From Dehalococcoidia bacterium (lineage in GTDB: Bacteria; Chloroflexota; Dehalococcoidia; Bin125): a stretch of 64,000 bases of DNA. The notes beneath the pieces were generated by a model, which was given only the letters and a program-made list of their open reading frames with translations, was not told where the DNA came from and made no database searches. Both the position numbers and the translations under genes were made by a program. Shown here one piece after another: positions 9,917 to 19,469 of the stretch. How positions within the stretch are numbered: the stretch's first letter is position 1; the number at the start of each line of letters is the position of its first letter. The stretch is from NCBI GenBank assembly GCA_963555985.3, contig OY820591.1, forward strand, positions 1,824,001 through 1,888,000, in the 5' to 3' direction.

Positions 9917-10711
9917 TTAGACGCTGGCGACGAAGGCGCTCACGGCCTCCGCAGCGGCCTGCGGATTTTCCAGTTCGACCAGGTGGCCCAGTCCGTCGAG
10001 CACCTGGATACGGCTGTTGGGCAGATGAGCGTCGTAGACCTCGGCCACGCCGATCGGGACGACGCGATCGTGTTCGCCCCAGAGCAGCAGGGTCGGCGTC
10101 TCCATCTCGGTCAGGAGATAGGGAAGCTGGCGATTGAACATCCAGGGCTTCCAGGTCAGGCGCGCGGTCATTTCGCGCGAGAAGTCCCAGAGTTCCTTGA
10201 GTTCCGGCGCGGCTTCGTCGCCGAAGACTTCGGCGTAGGCCTCGTCGGAGGAGAAGCCGAGCTTCACGTACTCCTCGAACTCGTAGAAGATCACATCGGC
10301 GATTTCGCCTTCCTCGGGCTGGACGCCGGCTGCGCCGATCAGAGTGAGGCTGTCGAGGCCGTGCAGGTGCATGGAGGCGAGTTCGGCCGCAACCCAGCCG
10401 CCGAAACCGAGACCGACGAGGTGTCCGCCGCCTTCAATGCCGAACTTGTGGATCGCGCTGTGGATCAGAATGGCGACATCGCGCGGGTGTCGAGCCCAAA
10501 CAGGACGCTCAGACTGGCCGTAGCCGGGGATGTCGATCACGGTCACCGTGTGGTTCTCGGCGAGGTGGTCGTAGAACGGGATCCAACCCGGGCTGCCGGT
10601 CGAGTGATGGAGGACGACGATGTTCGGTCCGGAGCCGTCTTGCAGCGCGTGAACTTTGAGGCCGGCGACGGTGACGTCGATCGAGGTATGGGTCTCGGTC
10701 TGAGTGGTCAT
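9917..10711 (-). CDS. Alpha/beta hydrolase fold protein lacking the nucleophile serine
   Basis: 'IDIPGYGQSE', elbow 'LVGLGFGGW' (Gly where GxSxG has Ser), 'LLWGEHDRVVP', 'GLGHLVELE'. Confidence 0.85.
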   Translation of the reverse strand: MTTQTETHTSIDVTVAGLKVHALQDGSGPNIVVLHHSTGSPGWIPFYDHLAENHTVTVIDIPGYGQSERPVWARHPRDVAILIHSAIHKFGIEGGGHLVGLGFGGWVAAELASMHLHGLDSLTLIGAAGVQPEEGEIADVIFYEFEEYVKLGFSSDEAYAEVFGDEAAPELKELWDFSREMTARLTWKPWMFNRQLPYLLTEMETPTLLLWGEHDRVVPIGVAEVYDAHLPNSRIQVLDGLGHLVELENPQAAAEAVSAFVASV

Positions 10712-10816
10712 AGGGGATACTCCTGAGCATGGGGAGATGGTTCGTGTCACTGAAATGATAAGCGTCGGTAGGATAACCGCCAACTACTACCGCCGAGGAG
10801 GCGGGGAGGCCAGCGC

Positions 10817-13800
10817 ATGTTCGGACTGATGCGGCTTGCGGCGCTGCGTGAGTTGCGCGGCGGTCGGTGGTTGATGCTCGCAGCGGCGGCGGTGATCACG
10901 ATCTCGGCGGCGCTCACGGCCGCGCCGCTGGTGTACCGCCCGACCGCCGCCGACCTCGCGCTGCGGGAGTTGATCGCTCAGAGTCCACGAGCGGCGCAGT
11001 TTGCCGACCACGCACGCGCCCAGCGACCGGCTGACGAGGCGAACTGGGATACCGTCTACGAGTCGTCGCGCGCCGCGCAGGCGGCGTTTCTTGCAGAGTT
11101 CGATGGACTGCTGGGCGATACGCGCGCAATCGTCGAATCGCCGCTGTTCCCCGGCCGTTATGTCAGAGCTGACCTGGGGTATGCCGAGTCGTTACCGACA
11201 TACCTGATGTGGTTCGAGGGGCTGCGTGAAGGCGCGCGCCTCGTCGATGGTGACTGGCCCTCGGACGGACTCAGCGCGAACGGGGCGGTGCCGGTCCTGG
11301 CCGGGCTCGCATTGGCGGAGGAGGTCGGGCTCGAAGTCGGCACGATCTTGAACGAGGATTCATTGGCGCTCGAGGTGGTCGGGCTGGTGGAGCCGATCGC
11401 GAATCCATCGCAATCCTTGGCGTTGCACTACACCGACGTGTGGTTTGAACTACAGATCGATGTTGGCATCGGAGGGGCGGAAGAGCCGTACATGGGCTTG
11501 TTCGTCTCGCGCGACGCGCTGCTGGGCCCGGTTGCGCAGCAGTGGCCCGGGTTGACGCTGACGCATCGCCTGAGGACGAAACTCAGTCCGACGGCGCTCG
11601 TGTCCGACCAGGTGGATGAGGCGATCGAAGCGCTGGCGGGATACAGCCAATCTTTGAGCCGGTTGGAAGGCGGGTCGTCGGGCATTTATCTCGAGCGCGT
11701 CTTGCGCGACTTTGAGCGGCGGGCGCAATTTTCGGCGGGACAGTCGCTGCTGGCCGGGTTGCAGGTTGCGGCTGCGGGACTGTTCGCGGTGGCGCTCGTC
11801 GGCCGTTTGATTGCAGCCCGGACGCGCCCGGATCGGGAGCGGTTGGCGGCTCGCGGGGCGAAGGCTTGGCAGCAAGCAGCGGCGCAGGCGCTGCTCGGCC
11901 TCTGGATTGCGGCTCCGGCGGCGGCGCTGGGCGCTCCGCTGGCGGCGTTTGCCTTGCATCACTCGGGGAGACTGGGAGCGCTGGCGAGAGTCAGCGGGGG
12001 CGAGCCGCTGGATACGCGCCTGACCTGGGAGGCCTGGCTGCTTGCGGTCGGCGGTGCGCTGTTGGCCTGGGCTGCCTTCACCGCTCCGGCCTGGTTCGAG
12101 GCGCGGCGCGGATCCAGAGTGGATCGTCGCGGCATGCTCGGCGGGAGACCGGTTCGGCAGTCGCTGATCCAGCGCGCGTGGCTCGATGTCGCGCTGTTGG
12201 TGCTTGCGGGCGTGCTCTTCCTGCAGTTCGAGAGTGAGGCCTCGGGCGGGGCGCTGGCAGCGTTCGAGACGGGGGGGATCAATCCCGTGTTGATGCTCAG
12301 TCCGGGCTTGCTCCTGCTCGGAGCGGCGCTGGCGTTGATGCGGATTGGACCGCGGCTGTGGGGCGCGATGGGAACGATCCTGGCACGGATGGGCACGCCA
12401 TCCTGGCTGTTGTTGGGAGTGCAGACCACCGCGCGGAATCCGGGCGGCGCGATGTTGCTGACCGCGCTCGTTGCGTTCGTGACCGCGGTGGGACTGATCT
12501 CGGCGACGTATGCATCGACCATCCGTGAGATGGAGACGGAGCGGGTGCGCTACAGCGTGGGTGCGGACCTACGGGGCGTGTCGATTGGCAGCAACCTCGG
12601 CAATTCGACCGCCGGGCGTGTGACCGAGCCGCTGGATTCGCGAGCGGATGTCTCAGGGTCTGCGGCGGCGTTTCGAGGGATCGGCTCGATCGGCGGCGAC
12701 AAGGCCGGCAGCCGTGTGATTCTGCTGGGTGTTCAGACCGATCGCTTGGGCGAAATCGTGGAGCTGCGTGAGGAGCTGTTGGGTCTGCCGCCCGATCAGC
12801 TACTCAGCGCGATTGCGCGCGAGCCCGGACGCCCTGGTGTGGAACTGCCCGAAGGTACGGTAGGACTGTCGCTTTGGGCACGCACGGATCCTGGCAACTC
12901 GAACCTCGAACTCCACGTGCGCGTGCTCGACCGTTACGGACAGGCGCATGAGCGGCGGCTTGCCTACTCAACCGGCAGCACCTTGAGCGGCGAATGGCAG
13001 GAGTTGCGCGCGTCGGTGCGGACGCTGAGTGGTCCGCTGCGGCTCGCCGCCTTGATCGCGCGACCGCAAGCGCGAGTGGTGCGCGCGCCGACCGGGGTGA
13101 TGTGGATCGACGACCTGCGCGCCCAGCGCGAAGATGATTCAGTGTTGGTGGAAGGTTTCGAGGCTGATGCTCCCTGGTTCACGGCGTCCGGCGGGGCCGG
13201 TGCGGATCGAGTGGAGTTTGGATCCGAAGGGGCTCGAGAAGGCGAGAGCGCGCTCGCCTACCACTGGGCCTCGCTCGCTGCGAATGATGAGCGCTTGATC
13301 GTGCGGGCCTCGCCGAATGTGCCGGTATCGGCTGCCATGGATCGGGCCTCGTTCGAGGCTTCTGGGCTTGCCCTAGGCGACGTGATTCCAATTGCGCTGG
13401 CGAACTTTTCGGCGCCGGTGCGGATTACCGCTGTCGTCGATTACTTTCCGACGCTGAATCCGGCCCAAGGTGGATTCGTGATTGCGGACCTGCTGGCGCT
13501 GCGGGCGGCGTCTCTGGTCTCATCGCAGCAGGCGGTATTGCCGATCACCGAGGTCTGGGCGGGCGTGTCGTCGGATGGGGGGCGGATCGCGGTGAGGAAT
13601 TTGCTGGATGAGGTGTACCTGTCGAGCGCGGTGTTCGACGCCGTGGGGCTGACGACCGCGGCGCAAGAGGATCCATTTCGTTCCGGAGGGGTTTCGGCGC
13701 TGTTTCTGGTGGGATTTCTGGGATTGTTGATCGTGGGCACGGCGGCGCTCGTATTGACGTTGGCTTCGGCGGCGACGGAACGAGCGCGTGAATTCGCGCT

Positions 13801-14113
13801 GCTGCGCACGATCGGCATGGCTCGGAGCGAGCTTGCCTTACAGGCGGCGGTTGAGGTGGGACTTGTGCTGATCGCTGGAGTTGGAGTGGGTCTGGGTCTC
13901 GGTTGGGCGGTGACCGGAGCGCTATTGGCGTTCCTCAATGTGACGGTGGAAGGTGTGGCGGCGGCCCCGCCGACTGTGTTGTCGGTAGATTGGCTGGTCG
14001 CAGGTCTTGGGGTAGCGGTGATCGTGATTTGCGGACTTTTGGGGACGGCGCTGGTTTCGCGTTGGGCATCGGGACGGGATGCGGCGATGCTATTGCGCGA
14101 GGGGAGTGAGTGA
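10817..14113 (+). CDS. Large FtsX-like ABC permease (MacB/FtsX family) with large extracytoplasmic domains
   Basis: C-terminal FtsX motif 'ERAREFALLRTIGM', multiple TM clusters, 'YSVGADLR'. Confidence 0.8.
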   Translation: MFGLMRLAALRELRGGRWLMLAAAAVITISAALTAAPLVYRPTAADLALRELIAQSPRAAQFADHARAQRPADEANWDTVYESSRAAQAAFLAEFDGLLGDTRAIVESPLFPGRYVRADLGYAESLPTYLMWFEGLREGARLVDGDWPSDGLSANGAVPVLAGLALAEEVGLEVGTILNEDSLALEVVGLVEPIANPSQSLALHYTDVWFELQIDVGIGGAEEPYMGLFVSRDALLGPVAQQWPGLTLTHRLRTKLSPTALVSDQVDEAIEALAGYSQSLSRLEGGSSGIYLERVLRDFERRAQFSAGQSLLAGLQVAAAGLFAVALVGRLIAARTRPDRERLAARGAKAWQQAAAQALLGLWIAAPAAALGAPLAAFALHHSGRLGALARVSGGEPLDTRLTWEAWLLAVGGALLAWAAFTAPAWFEARRGSRVDRRGMLGGRPVRQSLIQRAWLDVALLVLAGVLFLQFESEASGGALAAFETGGINPVLMLSPGLLLLGAALALMRIGPRLWGAMGTILARMGTPSWLLLGVQTTARNPGGAMLLTALVAFVTAVGLISATYASTIREMETERVRYSVGADLRGVSIGSNLGNSTAGRVTEPLDSRADVSGSAAAFRGIGSIGGDKAGSRVILLGVQTDRLGEIVELREELLGLPPDQLLSAIAREPGRPGVELPEGTVGLSLWARTDPGNSNLELHVRVLDRYGQAHERRLAYSTGSTLSGEWQELRASVRTLSGPLRLAALIARPQARVVRAPTGVMWIDDLRAQREDDSVLVEGFEADAPWFTASGGAGADRVEFGSEGAREGESALAYHWASLAANDERLIVRASPNVPVSAAMDRASFEASGLALGDVIPIALANFSAPVRITAVVDYFPTLNPAQGGFVIADLLALRAASLVSSQQAVLPITEVWAGVSSDGGRIAVRNLLDEVYLSSAVFDAVGLTTAAQEDPFRSGGVSALFLVGFLGLLIVGTAALVLTLASAATERAREFALLRTIGMARSELALQAAVEVGLVLIAGVGVGLGLGWAVTGALLAFLNVTVEGVAAAPPTVLSVDWLVAGLGVAVIVICGLLGTALVSRWASGRDAAMLLREGSE

Positions 14114-17100
14114 TGGGCGGCGATCTTTGGCCGGAACTCGCGCGGCTCGCGTTGCGCCGCATCTGGTCTGCGCCGCGGATGTCGGCCGTGTTGCTGGCGG
14201 GAGCCGTGCTGGCCGTCGGTCTGGCCAGCGCCGCGCCGATCTTCATCGAAGCCGTCCGCGACCTCGGCTTGCGGCAAGCGCTCGCTTCGGTGGAAGCCAG
14301 CGAGCTCGACCTGCGCTTCATTCAGTCGGGCGTGACCGCCGACGCCGAGTCGGTTGCGGACGTGGAGGAGCTGATCGCGGCTGAGGTCGAAACGGCCGCG
14401 GGAGAGCTGCTGGTCGGTCGGATGGGTGCGGGCCGAACCGGCGGCTACGTGCTGCGCACGGACGCCGAAGAGTTCGGGGCGGACGGCGCGGCGCACGGCA
14501 CGTTTGTCTGGCAGACCGATCTGACGGAGCAGTCTGAGTTGCGCGAAGGGTCGATGCCGCTGGCGGGCGCTGCCGGAGGCACGATCGAAGTGGCGATCGA
14601 GCAGGCGCAGGCGGAGCGATTCGGGCTGGCGGTAGGCGACGAACGCTGGGCGCAACCGTTCTGGCTAGGCAACCAGCACGAAAGCCGAATTCGGATCGTC
14701 GGAATCGTGCAGCCCGGCAGCGACGAGCGGCGTTGGTCGACCGAGGACGTGTCGTTCTGGCCAATCGCGGCGCGTGACACGGAACTCCGGCTCTGGGCGC
14801 ACCGCGAAGACATGCTCGGCGTGCTCTCCGCTCAGTCGCCAACCTTGCGGCTGACGTTGCTCCAGCGCTGGCGCGTTGACCTCGAGGGACTCTCGGCGTC
14901 TGCCGCCTCGGAGGCAGCGGCGGCACTGGAGCTGATGCAGACTCGTCTGGCGCAGGCTCTGGAGGGACTAAACCAGGAGACCCAGTTGGTCAATGCGCTC
15001 ACGGGCTTCCGCGCGCGCTTCACGTTTGCTCAAGGCACGTTGTTGATGGTCGTGCTCCAGCTCGTTGGAGCAGTGCTCGTCTACGCGGTCGTCGCGGCCG
15101 CGATGCTGGCCGAGCAGCGCACCGAAGACACAGCCTGGCTGCGGTCGCGCGGCGCACGACGCAGCGATGTCGCACTGCTGCATATCGTGGAAGCAGCAGT
15201 CTTAACAGCCCCGGCAGTGGCGTTCGGACCGTTGATCGGACTGGGGTTGGTGTCGCTGCTCGGTTTGGTGCCTCCGTTCGACGCGGCGCTGGCTGAGGCG
15301 GGTTTGGGACCGTTCCTACCGGCGGCGCTGCCGCTGGAGGCGTGGTACCTCGCGTTAGGCGCGGGCGCGCTGGCGTTGATCGCGCAGGCGGTGCCGATGT
15401 ACCGCGCGACCCGTGAGACGATCGTGACAACGCGGCGGGCGCGCGGACGCCCGCCGGTGTCGTGGGGTCAGCGAGCGTTGATAGACGCCGCGATCGCGGC
15501 GCTCGGGGCGCTGCTGATCTTCGAGTTGCAGTGGTCGGGCGAGCCGATTGACTCGCCGCTCGTGGGGGAGACGCGGCTCGACTGGCTCGCCGTCGCCACG
15601 CCGACGGTGCTCTTGTTCGTGGTGGGACTGGCGGTGTTGCGGCTGTTTCCGACAGCGATGCGGGCGCTGGCGCGACTAGCGGCGCCGCTGCGCTGGCTCA
15701 CGCTGCTGCTGGGCGCCTGGTATCTGGGCCGCACGCCGACGCACTACGCGCGCACGGTCCTGTTACTGACCATCGCGGGCGCGCTCGCCGTCTTCGCCGC
15801 GTCCTTCCGCTCGACTCTTGACGCCTCGTATGAGGCACGCTCGCTCCATCAGGCAGGCGCGTCGGTGCGGCTCCTGGAGCCAGTCTCGGAATTGGTCGCA
15901 TACGAGGAAATCGAAACACTGACCGGGCAGTCAACCGCGCAAGTGAAACGGCTTGCAGGCGCATTCGACGGAGACGAGGAATCAGGACGGCTCGGCGTCG
16001 CTGCGCTGGATGCGGCCGCGGTCGCGGGTCAACTGGCGGAGCGAGCTGCGGATTGGGCAGTAGATCCGGAGCTGTTGGCGAGCATTGCCCCCCCGGCATC
16101 GTCCGTCGATCGCGCCGAAATTCCCGAGCTCGGCGGCTATCTGACGCTTCGCTACAAGCTCGGCGCGACGGCCGCACCCTATGCGCTGGGCGTGAAAGTG
16201 CTTGACGCGAATGGGCGTTACTGGTGGTACACACTGGAGGAGGCCGATGTGCAGATCGAGGCTGATACAGAGTGGCGAGAGGCGACGATCCAACTGACCG
16301 ACCGACCGGCGGTGCTGCTTGCTCCGGAGGGCGCGCGACCGGTGCGCGCCGGCACTCGCTGGCGGCCTGGAGTCGCGGAACGCGCCTTCGCCCCGCTCAC
16401 CTTAATGTCTCTTGACATTGCTCTGGCCCGACGATCGAGCTCGGTTGAACTGCGCGATCTGACCTATCGGTTCGGCGGCGAGACCGTTCTCCTTGCACAG
16501 TTCGACTCAGGCAAATGGGAGCCGATTCCGCTCGAAGTGGGCATTGAGCCGGTCGACTCGTTGCAGGTGTTGGAATCTGAACCGGGGGTCAGGTTTAGCT
16601 GGACGGGCGAGGCGGCCTCGCTGCGCGGGCTGCGCTATCGCTCGGAGTATTCGCCGCTGCCGGCGCTGTTCTCGAAGGAGGCAGCCGAGCAGGGACGGCT
16701 GGCCGTCGGCGATAAGGTGCGCCTCCGAGTCGGCCCGATGCCGATGACGTTCATCGTGGCCGGCACGTTCGATGTCTTTCCCGCCTACGATCCGCAACGA
16801 GACCCGCCGCTGGTGTTGATGGATCGAGCGGCGCTGTTCGACGCGCTGTACTCAAGCGCGACTGCGGGGACGGCACTGGCGGTGCTGGACGAACTCTGGG
16901 TCAGCGCGCCCTTGGCCGAGTGGTCGGAGTTGTTGGCGCTCGCAGAAGTGCCGCTGGACGCGAACGAGGTGATCACGATCGAGTCGGCGCGAGCGGATCT
17001 CTCCGCCGACCCGCTGATCGTTGCCGCGTGGAACGGTGTGTTCGTCGGAGCGCTTGCGGCGGTCGCAGTGGCGGCGGCGTTCGGGCTGATGGTGTTGACG

Positions 17101-17448
17101 GCGGTGACTGCGCAGGCGCGGCGGGTGGAATTTGCCGTCTGCCAGAGCGTAGGCATGAGCGTGCGTCAGATTTTGGGCCTGATCGCATTGGAGCAGGTCG
17201 CAGTGATTGTGATTGGCTTGGGCGCCGGGCTCGCGGTGGGCGCGCTCGGCGGCGGCGTGCTGCTCGACTTCTTCGCGCTCACACCCGACGGACGCGATGT
17301 CGTGCCGCCGCTACGGTTCATCGTCGATTGGCCGGGCGTCGGCGTGCTCTTCGGAGCGCTGGTCGCGCTCTTTACCGCGAATTTGCTCGCATTCCTCTGG
17401 TTCCTGCGTCGGATCGAACTGCACGGAGCCCTGCGGCTCGCCGCTTGA
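14110..17448 (+). CDS. Large FtsX-like ABC permease, paralog of the upstream gene
   Basis: 'LRSRGARR', 'RRVEFAVCQSVGM'; overlaps the upstream stop (GTGA). Confidence 0.8.
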   Translation: MMGGDLWPELARLALRRIWSAPRMSAVLLAGAVLAVGLASAAPIFIEAVRDLGLRQALASVEASELDLRFIQSGVTADAESVADVEELIAAEVETAAGELLVGRMGAGRTGGYVLRTDAEEFGADGAAHGTFVWQTDLTEQSELREGSMPLAGAAGGTIEVAIEQAQAERFGLAVGDERWAQPFWLGNQHESRIRIVGIVQPGSDERRWSTEDVSFWPIAARDTELRLWAHREDMLGVLSAQSPTLRLTLLQRWRVDLEGLSASAASEAAAALELMQTRLAQALEGLNQETQLVNALTGFRARFTFAQGTLLMVVLQLVGAVLVYAVVAAAMLAEQRTEDTAWLRSRGARRSDVALLHIVEAAVLTAPAVAFGPLIGLGLVSLLGLVPPFDAALAEAGLGPFLPAALPLEAWYLALGAGALALIAQAVPMYRATRETIVTTRRARGRPPVSWGQRALIDAAIAALGALLIFELQWSGEPIDSPLVGETRLDWLAVATPTVLLFVVGLAVLRLFPTAMRALARLAAPLRWLTLLLGAWYLGRTPTHYARTVLLLTIAGALAVFAASFRSTLDASYEARSLHQAGASVRLLEPVSELVAYEEIETLTGQSTAQVKRLAGAFDGDEESGRLGVAALDAAAVAGQLAERAADWAVDPELLASIAPPASSVDRAEIPELGGYLTLRYKLGATAAPYALGVKVLDANGRYWWYTLEEADVQIEADTEWREATIQLTDRPAVLLAPEGARPVRAGTRWRPGVAERAFAPLTLMSLDIALARRSSSVELRDLTYRFGGETVLLAQFDSGKWEPIPLEVGIEPVDSLQVLESEPGVRFSWTGEAASLRGLRYRSEYSPLPALFSKEAAEQGRLAVGDKVRLRVGPMPMTFIVAGTFDVFPAYDPQRDPPLVLMDRAALFDALYSSATAGTALAVLDELWVSAPLAEWSELLALAEVPLDANEVITIESARADLSADPLIVAAWNGVFVGALAAVAVAAAFGLMVLTAVTAQARRVEFAVCQSVGMSVRQILGLIALEQVAVIVIGLGAGLAVGALGGGVLLDFFALTPDGRDVVPPLRFIVDWPGVGVLFGALVALFTANLLAFLWFLRRIELHGALRLAA

Positions 17449-17513
17449 TTGGTTGGACACGATCCGCAGCCTTGACTTGAATCTGTCCGCTATGGGCCGA
17501 GCCGAAAGGGCGA

Positions 17514-18032
17514 CTAGGGCGGGAGACCGAGCGTGCGTTGGATTTGACGGACGTGGAACAGCTGGTGATCGGCGGCGGTGAAGGCGAGGGTGCGGATTGA
17601 GGTGTCGACGATGTCGCCGTCAAGCTCGATGTTGGCCGGCTCGCGAAGCTGATCGTGGGAAAGGCGATCCAACAGCCGCAGGGTGTCTTCGCGCACTGCT
17701 GTGATACCCCAGCGAAGCTCAGCCAGTGAAGCGTTCGCCTCCGTATCGGGAAGCGTTACGCCGCCAACTTGGGGTATCGGCAGTTGCGGCGCGACGGATC
17801 GCCGCAGCAGCAAGAGCTGCGGCTGCACCCAACGCTCGGAGTGGATCAGATGGAGGAGGATCTCTCTGACAGACCATTCGGAGGAGGCAAGACGCGCGTC
17901 GAGCTGGTCGTCGAGCAGGCGATCCAGCTGTTGCCGGAGTTCACTGAAGTTCTCGTCGAGAGCGTTGAGCAGATCCGCGGCAGCAGCAGTTGGCAGAGGG
18001 TTTACGGGATTAACTGAGGGGTCGTCCGCCAT
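17514..18032 (-). CDS. DinB family protein
   Basis: 'EWSVREILLHLIHSE' and 'DHQLFHVRQI' His motifs. Confidence 0.8.
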   Translation of the reverse strand: MADDPSVNPVNPLPTAAAADLLNALDENFSELRQQLDRLLDDQLDARLASSEWSVREILLHLIHSERWVQPQLLLLRRSVAPQLPIPQVGGVTLPDTEANASLAELRWGITAVREDTLRLLDRLSHDQLREPANIELDGDIVDTSIRTLAFTAADHQLFHVRQIQRTLGLPP

Positions 18033-18117
18033 GCGTCTCAGTGTCGGATAGTGCGAGCGGCGGGGCAAGCGGCGACCGAATGCAGAACGGTCACTGCGAG
18101 GTGTGGGAGGAGCGACG

Positions 18118-19014
18118 ATGGCGCGGGTGCGCGAGGTTCCCAGCCGGGAGGAGCAACTGGCGTTGGAGCCGACGGTCGGGGCGGACGATCGCGCGACGCT
18201 GGCGCTCGGCGCGGCGGAGTGGGATCGGCGCGAGTTCTTTGATGCGCACGAGGTTTGGGAAGAGGTCTGGCAGCGGGAGCGGCGTCCGTTGCGCTCGTTC
18301 TATCAAGGGTTGATCTTGCTAGCGGCGGGATTGCACCACTGGACAGGGACACATCGACCTCGCGGGGTACGGATCAAGCTCTCGTCGGGCATTGAGCGTC
18401 TGGCGCCGTATGCGCCCTCGTATCTGGGAGTGGATGTGTCGGCGATGGTGGCGGATGCGGCGGTGTTGCTGCGCCGCTCGGCGGGCTTGGATGCGGCGGC
18501 GTTGGCCCGCACATCTTCGTCTGAGTCGTCGGATCTGTTCCCGCCGTTCCGTTGGCTGAGGTCTGCGCCCGGCGCGGAGGAATTGCGCGTGAAACGGTTG
18601 CGTCCGGCGGCGGCGCTCCCGCGACGCGGCTCCGCGCTGAGCTCGGGCCTCGATCTGTTCGCCGAGCTGAGCGAGAGCGGGGGCTCGCTCATGCTCGGCT
18701 CTCAACCCCAACTGGTGCCGACCGGAATCGCCGCAGTGGCGCCGCGCGGCTGCGAGTTGCAAGTGCGGCCGCGTTCGGGACTCTCGCGGCGCGGCGTCGA
18801 AGTCGCCTGGGGAACAGTAGACGCCGACTATCGGGGCGAATTGCTGGTCACCATGTCGGTGCGGGGCGCGTCGGGGCGGGGTTACCGTGTGACGCAAGGA
18901 GATCGAATTGCGCAGTTGGTCGTCGCTCCGGTGACGCTGGCTGAGGTCGTGGAAGTGGAGGAGCTGGAGGAGACGGAACGCGGTTCCGGCGGATTCGGCT
19001 CAACGGGGCGCTGA
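18118..19014 (+). CDS. dut: DUF309 domain fused to dUTP diphosphatase
   Basis: N-terminal 'FFDAHEVWEEVW...YQGLILLAAGLHH'; C-terminal dUTPase motifs SGLDL, RPRSGL, GTVDADYRGE, GDRIAQLV, RGSGGFGSTG; RBS GGAGGAG. Confidence 0.85.
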   Translation: MARVREVPSREEQLALEPTVGADDRATLALGAAEWDRREFFDAHEVWEEVWQRERRPLRSFYQGLILLAAGLHHWTGTHRPRGVRIKLSSGIERLAPYAPSYLGVDVSAMVADAAVLLRRSAGLDAAALARTSSSESSDLFPPFRWLRSAPGAEELRVKRLRPAAALPRRGSALSSGLDLFAELSESGGSLMLGSQPQLVPTGIAAVAPRGCELQVRPRSGLSRRGVEVAWGTVDADYRGELLVTMSVRGASGRGYRVTQGDRIAQLVVAPVTLAEVVEVEELEETERGSGGFGSTGR

Positions 19015-19386
19015 ATGGCTGCGGGCACGCTGGCGGCGGTGGCGATCGGCGGCGCGGCCGGAGCGTTGCTGCGCTACCTGATCGCGGTCTGGATCGGGCG
19101 TCCTTCGGAGCTGCCCTGGGACATCTTGCTGGTCAACCTCAGCGGCGCGTTCGCGCTCGGCATCTTGGCAACGCTGCTTGCAGAGCGGTTCGAAGTCTCG
19201 GCGGCGGTTCGGATTGGTCTCACGGTGGGCTTGCTCGGCGGGTACACGACGTTCTCAACGCTGTCCTTCGATAGCCTCAGCCTGATTGACGAGGGGCGTT
19301 GGGGCTGGGCGCTGGCGAATCTGCTGGCCAGCGGCGCGGGCGGGTTGAGCGCAGCTTGGCTGGGACAGCAGCTTGCGCGCCTGTAA
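19015..19386 (+). CDS. crcB: Fluoride efflux channel Fluc/CrcB
   Basis: 'GGAAGALLRY', 'VNLSGAFALG', 'GLLGGYTTFST'. Confidence 0.93.
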   Translation: MAAGTLAAVAIGGAAGALLRYLIAVWIGRPSELPWDILLVNLSGAFALGILATLLAERFEVSAAVRIGLTVGLLGGYTTFSTLSFDSLSLIDEGRWGWALANLLASGAGGLSAAWLGQQLARL

Positions 19387-19469
19387 GCAATCAGTGAGCG
19401 GTACTAGGCGTTCGATCTGCGATCCGGTTAGAGTGGAGACTGGCGGCGGGCGCGGCATTGTGGGATTTC

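Noticed and set aside
8318-10726. Long + strand ORFs 8318-9406 and 9410-10726
   Set aside because: Antisense shadows of the LLM and hydrolase genes, as expected at high GC
18040-19015. Fluoride riboswitch ahead of the dut-crcB unit
   Set aside because: No match to the GGCGATGGNGTTCGCC-like core was seen
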